Counted from the stretch's first letter, positions 1 to 32,740 are shown. The stretch is DNA of 64,000 nucleotides from Amoebidium appalachense (GCA_963693365.1 CAVNZM010000003.1:6641448-6705447), one strand, 5' to 3'. A program made the numbers and translations. The notes: a model not told the origin generated them from the letters alone.

Positions 1-3
1 CCG

Positions 4-35
<32 letters not shown>

Positions 36-420
36 GAGGGAGAGAGGGGGGGGGGAAGGGGGAGAGAGAGAGAGAGAATGTGTGTGTATGTGTGTGTGTG
101 TGTTTGCTTCTGTGTGTGTGTACATATGTGTGTGTGTGTGTGTGTTTGCCAATTTGTGTGTGCGCGCTCACGCCCGTCAGTGCGTGTGTGCGTGTGTGCG
201 TGTGTGTGTGCACGTGTGTGTGTGCGTGTGTGTGTCCGTGTTCATGTGCGTGAGCGTGAGCGTGTGCATGTGTGTTAGTGATTGTGGGCTTGCACGTGTG
301 CAGGCATCTGCATACTTGTTTATGTGTGTATATGTGGCTGTGGTTGTAGAGGAGGAGAGTCTGTTAGCCATTTTTCTCGCACCGAAAGAATCTAATCCAA
401 CACATACTTTTCCTCTTTAG

Positions 421-6268
<5,848 letters not shown>

Positions 6269-7131
6269 GCTGAGTGGGGGCGAATATAATGTCCTCAGAT
6301 AAGGTGGCTGTTTTGCAAACCTAAGTTATCATGATTATTATCCGGTATTATGGACACCGTGCAAGTTCTTTTGTAGAGTAATTCAATTGAAGTTTGTGTT
6401 GCAGAGTCCTGAACAAATCATTTTCACATCAAGTTGTTGCTTTGTATCATACATATACCAGCCAGTGGAATGTTTTCACAAGAATCCTTTGTGCGAAAGA
6501 ATGTGAAGCTGTGGCAGTTCCGAGGTCTTCGTGGAGGGTTTGGCTAGATATCAGGGTGAATGGACGGTGATGGTTGCACCGACCACCCAACATCACACAA
6601 CACACACAAAGGCGTTGTATTATTTTATTTTAACCAGTTTTTGAGGGACCCTCCAGCTAGCCCTCATGGGAACTACCGTCACAAGGCTTTCACACAGCAC
6701 CGACTGTACCCTAGTTAGGGTGCTAACTGTGAGCATTTTTAGAAATCTTGACACAGCTTGCCGCTTCTTATTTCCACGTAATATCAGAAGGCTTGCAGCG
6801 GCTGAGGTTGTCTCTGGGTGCACGTGTAAACCATTAAGTTGCACTTGTGTGAACGTGGGCCCAAAAACAATAGTCATAGGCCTGTCTTGTTATGTTTCAT
6901 TCAATGAATCTGTCTGCACGTGTACTCAAAATGATTGATGAGTAACCCTCATGGTACATACATACCTCCATTTTATTTCACACATGGTCTTTGCCTTGGT
7001 GCCCTAGGCCAGGCTCGAGCTCACGGGCTATTTTTGCGTTCAACTTAGTAAAGCTTGTTTTTGGTTCTTTTGTGTTACTATTCGTTTTTGCACCTTTTTT
7101 TTTTTTTTTTTTTTTTGGGGGGGGGGGGGGG

Positions 7132-7275
7132 TTTGAAATTGGAATAGAGTGTGAAATAGAAATTTGATAACTTACGACACGATGCAGAGTGCAAACCAAA
7201 CATAAAGAGTATGCATGATAAGCAGAACCCTCTCCTCAGGAGGGGTCAAAGCCATCCACAGAACCCGAGTTTGGG
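7132..7275 (-). repeat. Dispersed poly(C)-ended repeat, reverse copy
   Basis: Reverse complement reads AAACTCGGGTTCTGTGGATG...CCTGAGGAGAGGGTTCTGCTTATCATGCATACTCTTTATG...TTCAAA(C)n, homologous to 24438-24652. Confidence 0.75.
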
Positions 7276-7622
7276 TGTGTGTGTGGGTGTGTGTGTACGG
7301 GGAGGGGGGGGGGGGGGGGTAGAAGGAGGAGGATGGCCATTTAGGAGCAGGAGCCCATGCATATATGGGTATGGACGTGTGCGAATGTATAACTCGGACC
7401 GCGCAAATGTGCCACAGTGAGTTGTGTGTACAGTGTGTATGTGTGTGTCTGTGTGTGTGAAACTAAGGCGGGTTTTTGGTTGTGTGCATTTAGATGGTGT
7501 ACTGGGCATCTGGGCTTAATTTTGTGTGTGTGTGTGTGTGTGTGTATGTCTATGTGTAATCGTTTACTCGTGTGCCACAGTGGTTGACACGGTGGATGAG
7601 TGTGTGGATGTGTCTTTGTGTC

Positions 7623-7724
<102 letters not shown>

Positions 7725-7944
7725 GTGTGTGTGCGATGTGTGTGCCACTGAGTGTGAGTGTGAGTGTGTACGTGTGTGTGTGTACGTGTGTGTGTTGATC
7801 GATGTATTTTTCGTGTCTCGGAGCGGAATAAATTAGCTTCGTTAGTAGATGTGAAGGGAATTAACAGGCATAAGTGTCACGGTGTGCACGTGTGTGTGTG
7901 TGGATGGGTGGGTGGGTGGGGGGGGAGGGGGGAGGGGGAGAGGG

Positions 7945-8035
7945 TCAGGAATATGTTACAGAGAACGAAGTACACATTCACGACGGGCAGCACCATGCAA
8001 CAGAGTATCTTAAGAGTGGATCCCCTCAGCATCGT
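7945..8035 (-). repeat. Dispersed poly(C)-ended repeat, partial reverse copy
   Basis: Reverse complement CTGAGGGGAT...TGTGTACTTCGTTCTCTGTAACATATTCC resembles the 61890-62000 copy (TTCTTCGTACTCTGTAACACATTC). Confidence 0.55.
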
Positions 8036-8443
8036 TTGAAGGGCAAGAGAAATGAGTACATCACCATTCTTTTGGCCCAAGGAAAGGGAGGGCCGGGGGG
8101 GGGGGGGGGGGGGGGAGGCGCCGGGGGGGGGGGGGGGGGAGAAGAAGTTGATGCTGGGAAGGCAAGGGTTGAGGGGAAGAGAAAAGGGGCAAGGAGGCTG
8201 TTCCCTCAGGGGGCAACAGGAGAGAGACATGCACCAAAGTTAGGAAAATCGGAAAATACCATTAACGTGGAAGAGAAAGGATGAAGAATCGAAAGGTTTG
8301 GTAGAGAGCTCGAGAGAACATTACTTCTGGGCTGGTAGGCTTCTCTCTCCCTCTCTCTCTCTCCCCCTGAGTCTCTATCTCTATTTCTCTCTCTCTCTAG
8401 TCAGTCTCTCTCTCAGTCTCTCTGTCCCGCTCTCTCCCTCCCT

Positions 8444-8529
<86 letters not shown>

Positions 8530-8601
8530 CCCCCCCCCCCCCCTCTCGGTCTCTCTCTCTCCCCCTCTCTCTCCCCCTCTCTATCTCCCTCTGTCGCTCT
8601 C

Positions 8602-8632
<31 letters not shown>

Positions 8633-10447
8633 CCCCCCCCCCCCCCCCCCCCCCCCCCCCCGCCTCTCGCTTTCTCCCTCCCTCTCTCCACAATATTTTT
8701 TCTCTTTCTTCTCTGCCCCGCAGGCGACATTTCACCACTCACACATGCAAGTACGCACACAGACTCCCCAGCCCGCTATTAGGCACACGCACGCACGCAC
8801 GTACGCGCATGTACATAGATTAGCTCATGCACACACGCACAAACACACGCACAGGCACAAATCACGCACATGCACAAAACTTAACAATTATGTAATCACG
8901 TTATTTAAGCTGAGGGAAACGTATGCGTACGTAATTGTATTGAAGCTGAGGAACCTGCAATGTCATCGTACAGTGTAGAGAGCTCGAGGGAAAGATTTTT
9001 TTAAAAGTGCAGAGATTGAAGGCAAGAGTTATAGAAACAACAGAAAAATGGACAGCAGTCATGGCATCGTCGGTCTTGGATACCGCACACTCTTGCGACA
9101 CTTGGATCACTGACATGACGTGCATGCGCGTGCGCACGTGAAAATGATATAACTTGGGGAGTTAGGGGGCCGCGGCATACTGGTATCAACTGTACACCCT
9201 TGCTGGAGCTGCGCGGGAGCTCCGGTCCTCTCTTGCATGAATGTACCACACGTCGACGTCCGAGTGTGCCGAGGGGAGGCACGTACGCTTGAGGTTGTTT
9301 CTGCACACGAAAGGGTTATTATGAATTTAGCCTGCTTTTTGGGCCAGGTTGGCTACAGTAGAAACAAACGACAACCGTACATAGCGCTATTAGCGCCTGA
9401 CCGCCCGGGCGCGGCGGCGTGACTCACGGCGTATCATGTGAGCTGATTCGATGATCGGGAGGGAGCCTCAACAGTCACGGGTGCGAGAACAGCGAATCAC
9501 GCATACCTTCTAAACATTGGAATGTGCGAGCTGCGCTTGCGATTGGTAGTTAGCGCACCAGGATATAAAATAAGCGGGCGTCGCGTTCCATTGGCCTTAC
9601 GTAAGGCATTGGAACGAGGCGCATCGTTTGTAAAAGGGTCTCAGAACACAGGGCGGACTCCTTTTCGTCTACAAGTTGGACTTACGGACTATGTAAGTCC
9701 CGTGACGAATCCGTAGGCAATCTAGCTGGAATCTTGCCGTAGAGGTGTGGTTAGGCAGGGAAATGGCGGTGGAAAGGCTGTCCAACGAATTTTTATAGGC
9801 GGAAATAGGGTGATTCTCGGATACAGCGAAAAATTTCCGTTGGAAAGGACCGTGATATACCGAGGATCTAACAGCATCCCCGAGGGATCAGCCGTATAGG
9901 ATACATCCAGGGAGCATCCAAGGGGATCGAACGAATCCACATACTCCACAGCTGCATAGTGGCCCGTATACACCTATTCTGTCCGTATATATCGACTTAG
10001 CAGGTAGATCTGCCGGAGATGACTGCTCATTTCGGCATCGGACAGGGACAGCTGGGGACCAAGGCTCTAACATGGGTTGAGTCACTTTCCCATGCACCGA
10101 CAGTTGGAGTATTTATTGTAGTATGGCTACGACACATTGCACAGGTTCAACATCATTGGAAAATTTAGCGCAGATCATTGTGGACCTTGGCGCCCCAAAG
10201 AGACGTGATCACGGAGTTTGGGGCTGGCAGATGTTTGTCTCACGTCCTTTACTTTTTTTTGCCGACTCTATTCTGCCCGGGAGTGGATGGTTTCGGCATA
10301 TACAAACATTTCCAGTGTCCTATACACGGCCCCCGTCACTTGCCTTGTAGCCCCCACCTCGCATTTTACCACTAGAGCATCGTAAATGGACTTCCCAACG
10401 AGCCAATTCCCTTTTATAATTTGGTTGGGGCTGGGCGCAGATCCAAC

Positions 10448-14282
<3,835 letters not shown>

Positions 14283-14762
14283 AGAATAAACCTGTGCACT
14301 CTGCGTGCAGGCTTACACCCCGTGTCTTTAACGAAACACTATGCTTGTGCACGGACGGTTTCCTTTGCCATGGGGCTTGCATTCTGGGTGGCGATTGCTG
14401 TAAGGCACACTTTACGAATGTAGAGGGTGGAATTTTGTTGGTGGTTGTGCGGGTGTATCACTGGAGAGCACATGCTTTTTTATTTCCTCTGCACGCGGCG
14501 TGTGCTGTGTCGCTTTGAGTACCCACTTCCCTTAAAACACACGAAACTCACCTAATATCAACTATTGTGATATCGCATGTGCGTCAGTCCCCCCCCCCCC
14601 CCCCCCCCCCCCACCGCTTTACTTCCATGCAACCGGGCATGGTTGCTCTGTGTCGTACATCTGTTAGCACATACACATTTTTCGCTGCACTGCATTAGTT
14701 TGCACACACATCTTCACCGTTTTGCTCACCTTGCTTGCATAAGCAACCCTGCTCGTCTTTGT

Positions 14763-15009
14763 TCAAGACGGGTTGACCCTCCCAAGTTCAGTTGATGCTG
14801 CTGTCTGAGTTGGAGAGTCGTATATACGCGGGCTAAGGGGTCGAAACTCAGACGCAATTGATGACTTGGGCCCTCCCTGAGGATGGGCTCTGCTTATGAC
14901 GCACACTGTGCGCATGGCTGATGTTGCACACTTGAATGTTTGCCTTTGCATGTGTCCTGCACCATGCTTCTCATCGTGTATGCGTACTTCGTACCGTGTT
15001 CCGCATTCA

Positions 15010-15057
<48 letters not shown>
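14763..15057 (+). repeat. Dispersed poly(C)-ended repeat, near full-length copy (subtype A)
   Basis: TCAAGACGGG...GGTCGAAACTC...CCCTGAGGATGGGCTCTGCTTA...TTGAATGTTTGCCTTTGCATGTGTCCTGCACCATGCTTCTC...GTACTTCGTACCGTGTTCCGCATTCAAA then a long C run. The 3' half is near-identical to 19905-19976 and 63063-63157. Confidence 0.85.
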
Positions 15058-15059
<2 letters not shown>

Positions 15060-16222
15060 TTGGATTCCCCACTCACTATACAACATCGTGCCGGTGTGGT
15101 CAACCACTCACTACACACCATGTCCAAGGGGCAAACCACAATGATGTAATGCCAATCAGGCCGCCACAATTGTGCGGCAGCCTGATCGACATCGGTGCAA
15201 GTGTGTAGATGTGTGCAGCTTGCGAATGCACGCACGTTTGTCACTCTCTTCTTCTGCTTGTGTAGATGTCGATGCATGGTGTCGTTGATCGTGGTTCAAA
15301 CCCGTTTCCTTACGATTGATCATGCAAGCTTGAACAGCAACCCCTTAAAAGACTTGTGCGATCTGCATTAAAATAGTGCAGAACGGAAAGTGCCTATTTG
15401 GTGTACTAACTGCCATTGTGAACATCCGAGGCCTCATGAGTTCACGTGACGTCCGTCACGAGTCCATGACTCCTCCATCAACCGACCGTGCTTGGAAAAC
15501 ACTACATAAAAGGGTTAAAGAGCACCAGGCATGGGACAACTCAAATTCCAAAACTCCAAATAAGGTTATCAGACTACCATTTATGGTAGATCTGCCAAAA
15601 TTAAAGAACGTTTGCATCGAAAGCCTATGACGACGCCCAAACTGCCAAAAGTTTTTCAGTTTTCTTCGTTTTGTTGTCTCTCGCTCTGGCAAATTTCACG
15701 GGCGACAAATTGTCTTCACGGAGGCCTCTGTTTTAGTTTCCCGCCGTGTGAAAGGCAATTGTTCCCGCTGGCACTTGCTATACCAGGGGAAAAAAGAAGG
15801 GAGGCGCAAAAAAAAAAAAAAGAAGAGGTTCAAAAACGGGGAAAATACGGCCATCGGAGTCAGTGGGTGGGAGAGTGACGTGAGTGTCTAAGCTGAGAAG
15901 GAATTGAAAAAAAGGGGAAGTAAGCGGGACAGATCAAGCGATCGTAGCTATAGTGCGGACGTGCATGCGTGCACGAGTGCGTCTGTGCGCGCGTTGGTTA
16001 TGCTGTGCTTCCGTGTATGTGTGACGCACCCTCCTAACCTGGTCTTTGGCTAATGACTGGGCCTTAGACAGCTGCACCCATGCTTGCTTCATGTGATGAG
16101 AATGTTGTTTTCCTGCTAGTGGAAGAATAGGAGAGGGTCAAACAACAAGCACACGGCGTTCACTCTTCTCCCCTCACTCTTTTTAATACTTGTTTGCTTG
16201 GCGCTAAGGACATGTTTTGCAG

Positions 16223-25517
<9,295 letters not shown>

Positions 25518-27090
25518 AAAAGAGGGGGGGGAGGGGGGAGAGGAGGAGGAGGAGGAGGAGATGATGCAGAGGGTGTTAGCTGTGATGCCCTTGTATATAC
25601 CAACACATATGTCCAAGAATGCACACTAAGGCATGTTGAAGACAGTCAACCACCGTTTCATAGACAAAGCCATGATGTGAACCACACGCACGCACGCATC
25701 TTCTTTGTGGCCACTGTTTCGCATCTTGGAACGGGTTTTCAAGATCTAAAGCTTTTGGGCACCTTATTCTACGAATACATGTTATTTACTGCCTATTCTT
25801 AGCACTTCTTGCATTTTATTTATTATTACTTTTTTTGTTGGCCAATGGGTGGGTTTGGGTGGGGGGGGGGGGGGGGGAAGGAGGGGGAGGGGGGAGAATC
25901 TGGTGCCTGTAAGGGGCAAAGCATGTGCTAGGGCCGTAGGGCTAGCCTGGCCACAGGCCTGTGCTCCTCTAGCTTTTATACAATGATTATTCGAACAAAA
26001 AACAAAGTCTCATTAATTAATGCATGGCTTGTGCTTCGGATCTTATATCACTCCACACGGTCGTCATGTTGAATTGGAGGACTCAAGCCATTCCCCCCCC
26101 CCCCCCCGGCCCCCCCCACCCCCCCACCCACCCACCCACCCACCCACCCACCAATCCAACCACCCCCCCTCCTCCTTCTTCATATTTGTCCGTCTTTCTC
26201 GAGAGCTCTGTAAGAACGCTCTCTCCCAACCCCGGCTCTTGCCAAGTACAGCAGAATATTGCCTTCGCGCGATCGTGCGCAAGCACTCCGTGCCTGGGAG
26301 ACTTCTGCAAATTACGAATTCGAACGCAAAGAGCGCAATTGGGGATTTGTGTTCTATAGGCCTTGCCTGGTATGGGTACTTAGGACAAAAGGCAGAGTTT
26401 AGACAGTATACACAAAATTAGCACACACTCCTGGCTTTAAGTGCAAGGGTAGTGCAATGTTGCTTCGACAAAGGGAAGACAAAGGGTACAGCCATGTTGT
26501 ACTGATATGGAACAGCTCAACACCAAGTATTAACAACGTTAACACACAAAATATAACCGGGCCTAGGTAGTGTGAAACTTTCGCAGAATATTCCCTTCAT
26601 AGTCAGCAGCCCCAGCGTGATCAGAAACAAAACAGACACAAGAGTAAGGAAACCAGACAGACACAAGAGTAAGGGCTGATCTGCACAGGCATGCACATGG
26701 GACCCATGTGTGATCATAATAGTGCCTTGTGCGTGGCAAAACCATCCATGGCGGCAACGTTGACTCACTTGCACGAGCTTTTTAGCTTGCTGCTTTTCAC
26801 TTTATTTTATTCCTATACAATGCTTTCATATTTCCTACATCCTCTTGGCGTATGCATGCTACGTAGAAGCAACAGGTACAGACCGAAGATCCCTATCCTG
26901 TTCCTAACCTGTTGAGCCGAAGTAAAGTACATACATATACATAATTTCTAGCACGAAAAAGGCGAAACGAAGGAAAATTAAGCAATTTTGGCTTCTGGTA
27001 CACATACATCCTGGAAAAAATCTCACTACCACTTCCACACATTCAACCCTTCCCAACACACTCTTATTTCAACAACTTGATATCACCAAT

Positions 27091-27360
27091 TCAAAAAGCT
27101 TCGCCGAAGTTCTGTGCCTCCGTCTGAAAGTAGCTAGACTGCATATACGAGGGCTTGCGCGGTGCCTGGGGCACACAACGTGCGGGCTGCGCTGAAGATG
27201 TTGTGCTTGTTGTGGTGGTGGGTGACATGGTTGTTTGTGTTGGTTGCTGTTGCTTCTGGGCAACCGTGTGAAGGTTGGAGGGGCTGGTGCCCGACTTGGT
27301 TGCTTCCCTCAAGGGGCCCTTCACGGCAGAGCGAACGGCCTTAGCAACGCTGGCTGACAT
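27091..27360 (-). CDS. Putative 89-aa microprotein with mitochondrial-presequence-like N-terminus
   Basis: MSASVAKAVRSAVKGPLREATKSGTSPSNLHTVAQKQQQPTQTTMSPTTTTSTTSSAQPARCVPQAPRKPSYMQSSYFQTEAQNFGEAF*. Start context CAACATG is the same as in RPS5; non-repetitive and GC-rich relative to flanks. No family recognised. Confidence 0.55.
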   Translation of the reverse strand: MSASVAKAVRSAVKGPLREATKSGTSPSNLHTVAQKQQQPTQTTMSPTTTTSTTSSAQPARCVPQAPRKPSYMQSSYFQTEAQNFGEAF

Positions 27361-29288
27361 GTTGACAAGAGGAGACGACACTAGGTGAATAAGCGTGATG
27401 GGAGGCGTCGCAAACAGGGAAACTAGAAAGTAATACTTGCGCTGTGAAATATGTGCTGTATCCGTGAAAAGCACAAAAGCATCCACAGCTTGGTGTAGGG
27501 TTGATGTAGATGGCTGAGTCTGTGTAGAGTAATCCGCTCTCGCTCTTTTGACGCATAACGGGGGGTAAAAAAAAAACACAAGTTCAAACCTACACCTTCA
27601 AAATTGCTTTCTCTCTCTACACACTTCGTTTCTTCGTTTTGCTTTTCTTCGTGAATGTTCCTGTGGCTATGCTTTTACGCCACACTAAAGACTTGAATTT
27701 GCGTGATCTGTTTGCTTCTGGCGACAACTGGTGCATGCAGCCTGCAGGCAGCCGGGACAGATGCTCACTCCACCCCCCTAAAAACCAAGTAGCATTTTTT
27801 ATTTCCAATTTGCGGGAGTTAATGTTTTAATTTACATTATGTAATGTTATAATAAAGCTCGTATATTTTGATCTAGTGACGTAATATATTATATTTTAAT
27901 GCATTATGCTTATATGAAACGTATTTTATTGTTTAAGTGGTTTTAATACACAAAGTAATTAAGTAAAACTTCTAATGTTCCAGAAGTTTATCGGCATGGG
28001 GCTTGTCGACCGGCGCTAAGTGGTATTGGGTGACGCTGTCATACAATGGTAAGCAAGTGGCAAAAAGAGCCAAATCCCCGATGCTCTCTGGACAAATCAA
28101 ATTGCAGCAAGTGTATTTAAATAAGAGGGCCCGGGATGACCCATGCGCAGTTTACCAGAGATAGCTGGGAAGATAGATTGTATTGGTAAGCTATTTTATA
28201 AGAAAATCATATAAACAGGAAAAAAATAACATACTGGCTTTTTTTGGACCCAACCGTGAGGCTATGACCTCGAGATTCCCTACAATCGCCGTTATCATCG
28301 TCAAGCTTGGAGAACACAATGATTGGATAATGATCACCTATCGCTATCTGGCTGGGCAAAGCCCAGGTCCCAGGAGCTCCAAAGCATATTTTCCCAATCG
28401 GATTTTGTGGGAAATTCTGGGGGTTCGGGGAACTTCGGGCCAGTGCTGACCACTCCGGCCGAGACTCAGCCACTCTCGGAAGCCCTGCACAGACTGTTTT
28501 GTCATCAGAATATTGCGTGAAAAAAATATTCGTTTAGATATATAGTTACAATAGCTTTTGCTGAAAAGAGTGTACATATGCTGGTGACTGTTTTGTAGCT
28601 GGCTTGCAGGTCTGCAGCGCAAGCAGTGTGTGAACGTTCCGAGCCACTGAGCTCTGGACGTATCATGGAGCTAAAAGATATGCCATTTTTGGGCAGTGGC
28701 GAGGATCAGCATCATCAGCTAACCAAATATGTTTATTTTAAAGTGGCCCACCAGTGGCCACCACTTTTCCAAATCAGTGACATGTATTTGGTGATCGTCA
28801 CGGAGCATTGAGAATGTTGCTTTTACCAAATGTAAAGTCCAAGTATATATATAAGCAATAAAATTTGATATTACCCGGGTGTCTTTCGAAGCCTGTTTGG
28901 CTGACGCTTGCAGGGAAATTGATTACGGTAACGGTGTGCTCACTGCTTTTCAACGTTTTATGGGTAGTTTTGCTTGAAGTCCACTGGCCAATCAGAAGGC
29001 TCTATGATTTGCAATGGAAAGCGGGGTAAAACGTGCACGGCCAAGCAACACCAGTTAGAATATGAAGTAAAAATTAACGCCATTTTGTAGCAATATTATA
29101 ATATCTTAAAAATTCTCTAACAATATACAATCAATGTATATTTATTAATATAAGTGTTATGTTATATTGACCATTTCTAAGACCAGGCCTTTGCATTATG
29201 GCATATCTGTGAAATCTTGCGATCTCTTACGCATTTTACATCGTTTAGGTGACCACCAATGCCCACATTCCCGATATCACTTCTCGGC

Positions 29289-29325
29289 TATATAAAGGGG
29301 CTCCCACTCCAGCTCACTTTCAGTT
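29289..29325 (+). promoter_or_regulatory. TATA box plus initiator upstream of the 75-aa ORF
   Basis: TATATAAAG at 29289-29297, Inr-like CTCACTT/TCAGTT ~27-33 nt downstream, CCAAT at ~29256 and ~28988. Confidence 0.55.
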
Positions 29326-29395
29326 GTTCACGCACAGGCCAACTCGCGGTACACTCACTTCTCTTCAATATCGAAACGTTCAAGCCACCGCCAAA

Positions 29396-29623
29396 ATGTT
29401 GAAAGTCGCCTTTGTTCTTCGCCCCTTGGCTCGCTACGTGCACACTCAGGCCACTGAGGCTGCTGTTCCCGTTGTCAACGCCTCTACCCGCTCATCCATG
29501 CATGCCAAGGCCCGCGCCATGGCGGCAGACCCGGCCATGCGCCAAAAGGAGATGGAGCGCCTGCGCAGGTTGAGTGCCCATGCCACAAAGTTCAACAAGA
29601 ACGTTAACGCCACCATGAAGTGA
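29396..29623 (+). CDS. Putative 75-aa microprotein with mitochondrial-presequence-like N-terminus and basic helical C-terminus
   Basis: MLKVAFVLRPLARYVHTQATEAAVPVVNASTRSSMHAKARAMAADPAMRQKEMERLRRLSAHATKFNKNVNATMK*. Context GCCAAAATG, C-ending codon bias like RPS5 (GCC, CGC, AAC, plus AAG), TATA/Inr upstream, AATAAA at ~29985. Confidence 0.7.
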   Translation: MLKVAFVLRPLARYVHTQATEAAVPVVNASTRSSMHAKARAMAADPAMRQKEMERLRRLSAHATKFNKNVNATMK

Positions 29624-30431
29624 GCGAGTACGCCATGGTGCTCTGCCACGTGATTTCAAGGCGTGTGAACACGTGTACACAATGCACGTGGCAGGGGTTT
29701 GGTGGCGGAGGCACTTTTTAGAAACTGAACGCGCCGATGTGAAACGAATGACAGTCCAGTTATAATTACCCTTGAAACAGGCATATGATTCATGCCTAAC
29801 TGTATATATAAGACTCCTTGTCCCACATATATATTTAAAAATAGCATTTAGGTGGTGTGAAAGGAGAGGTTGCGTTTTATCAGTCCACTGCACCTGTGGT
29901 GCTAGAAGGGGAAGTTTTTTGCACCGTTTTTACAAGGTGAAACCGTGCCACATGTGTTGCTGGCTGCACAAGTTAACAAATGAAAATAAAGGATGCTGTG
30001 ATTTTACACAATGTGTCTCCGGATCCTCCCCCATGCTGGGTGAGTTGGTGTTGGATTCCGTGAGCATGCAAGAGTGCTAGCAACCGTCCTCAGCTCGCAC
30101 TTAATTTGAAGGCCACACAGTGGCTCTTGATCCAACTTGAGTTGTTATTCCAGATGTGGTGGCACTATTGCAAGTCGTATACCCGGAAACGTTTTGACAA
30201 CCATTTATGATTTCACGATTGCAAATCGTTGATCTAGTGGCCACACAGCTGACTCTAAACCTAGTTCCTACACAGGGCTGTTGATCTCTTTATTCCCCCT
30301 GTGTCATATGTGATCAATTGACGTTGAATCCTGAGGATGGCCGCTCTGCGTTATGATGCATTATCCTGTGCAGTATGTCGTCCCATTGAATGTGCATAAC
30401 TCTTTCTGTACACGTGTAGTGCATTTTATCC

Positions 30432-30462
<31 letters not shown>

Positions 30463-31331
30463 AAAAAAAAAAAAAAGAAGAAGAAGAAGAAGAAGAAGAA
30501 GAAGAAGAAGAACAATGCATGGACACGAATTAAGGGCACAATTCGTACTCTGTAGTGCATTCAAACTTTCTTCCCCCCCAGTAACCACTGTAGGTGTTGT
30601 GTTCAAGATTTCGCTGTTTTGTACGGGACGCATAATCATTGATCAGCATATATTATGTACACACGCTGTCACGGGCTGTGCTGCAGGCGCACACGTGCCG
30701 AGACACACACACAAAACAAACACATGATGTGACACGTGCACAAAAATATCACAGCCACAACCACAAGACTTTAAAAAAAAAATCGAGTTTAATACACACA
30801 TACTCTCGGAATTTACACAGTCATTCCCATCAGCACATACACACACACAAACACCTGGCACACCGTGCGCACGTGGCATGCACACACATGGCACTGCACA
30901 CACCTACACGCGTGTACACACAACGGGCAAACCAGCACACACGCATACGCACACGTACATCATGACACACACACACGGTGTTGCAAGACACCCGCAGACA
31001 GTCAAGGTCCCAACGTCCAAACATTTGGGGATGCATGCCTCAGGGATCATGACGTGCTCTATTGCATAATTGCACGCTGCGCACACCTTCAGACACACAC
31101 AGTTACACACTGACACACCCTTCTCCTGACCTTTTCCCCTCTTCCCCCCCCCCCCCGCCCCCCCCCCCCCCCCGGAGTCTTAAAGACTTTCTCTCTCTCC
31201 CTCATACGCATGCATGTGCATCTCTCCATCGCCAACCACCCGCACACACATGTTACAGCCCGTTGTGTGCAGGTACCGTAGGGCCGACAGACACTGACAT
31301 ATGTTGGCGCCGACCATGAACGCGTGGGCGC

Positions 31332-31418
<87 letters not shown>

Positions 31419-32055
31419 ACATGTGCACACAGCGAAACATGCACACACTTGCACGATGGCACCACTGATAATACACTTTGATATACTCCCGAACCTCTGA
31501 AAAGGAATTTCATGACGTCTCCGGCATCCCACTGAAGAGTATCTCGCTCATGACCATGCATACTAGCGCTAGGCTCCTAGCTGCATGTTACGAGTCCATT
31601 GGCTCAATATCATGCATGTGGCTGCAACCATAACCATTACAATCTCCAGGTGATTTCCATAAACACTAAGACTCCGGCCCACGGGTGTGCCTTATAAAAA
31701 ATCCCAAGCCGCAGCATCAATCAACACCGTACTACAGATTTGAATGTGCATTGGCAATATCATGTGCAAAGGTTTTTCACGGTGTAGATGCAACCTGCCA
31801 ATACCTCTGTGCACTTGAAGGCAGCCAATCGGATACCGTTACAGGCCTTCATTTCATGGCAAAAAAAGGCGACAGGAGAACAGAGGGACAAGGCAGTAAA
31901 TGGACCAAGAGGAGGAGGAGGGGGGGGGGGGAGGGGGGGGGGGGGGGGGGGGGGGGGGGAGGGGGAGGGGGAATGGAGGGGGGAGGGGGGAGGGGATAAC
32001 GGGAGGATGGTGGTGGTAGTGGTGGTCGTGGCGGTAGGGGGGGGGGGGGGGGGGG

Positions 32056-32090
<35 letters not shown>

Positions 32091-32693
32091 TTTGGAAGGA
32101 TCCGTGTCGGACATGATGAGGGTTATAACATTGACCTGCTTTCTTCTTACTATCGGTGTAAGTGGAAGATGTTATTTTCAATTTGAACCTTTTAACAGGT
32201 CCGATCGAGATTATTTAGTACCGCCGGTTTTGGTTTGTACCGGCCCCCCAAGAGGCGTATGTACCTCCTAAAAAAGACTGAGCCCGTTAAACAGATCAGA
32301 TTCTAGACATAACGGAAAGATCGGGCTGTATTATTAACATGAAGCTAGCTGTAGGGGGTTTCTTTCAGTTTTCCAACACCCCAAAGTTTAATCTCATGTT
32401 GGGGGGAACCGGTTTCGAAGTGTAAGTAGTCGTGTGAACTATTACGTGCACACGTGTTTAGTTCTTGCACTTCAAGTAGAATTGCATATACGGCTTAGCC
32501 TGAATTCTCCATACACTAGTTCCGATCCCATCCCCCCCCCCCCCCCCTCCCCCTCCCCCTCCCTCCCCTCCTCCCCCCTCCCCCTAAAAAAACCTAAAAA
32601 TCAAAAAATAAAACAACTTTGAAACTTTAAACATTTAAAAAAAGTTGCACACCCAATCTCACATACATTCACACACAGATGCATGCACGCCGT

Positions 32694-32740
<47 letters not shown>

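Noticed and set aside
9722-10375. Short ORFs upstream of RPS5
   Set aside because: No recognisable motifs, splice path or codon bias; probably promoter or intergenic sequence.
16081-16153. Hairpin with GTGATGA and terminal ACA in the UBXN4 upstream intron
   Set aside because: No D box, no H box, and the internal loop is one-sided rather than a pseudouridylation pocket.
28441-28810. hAT-like MITE (CAGTGCT...AGCATTG) between the two microprotein ORFs
   Set aside because: The terminal match is only 6 of 7 bases and the flanks show no 8-bp target-site duplication.
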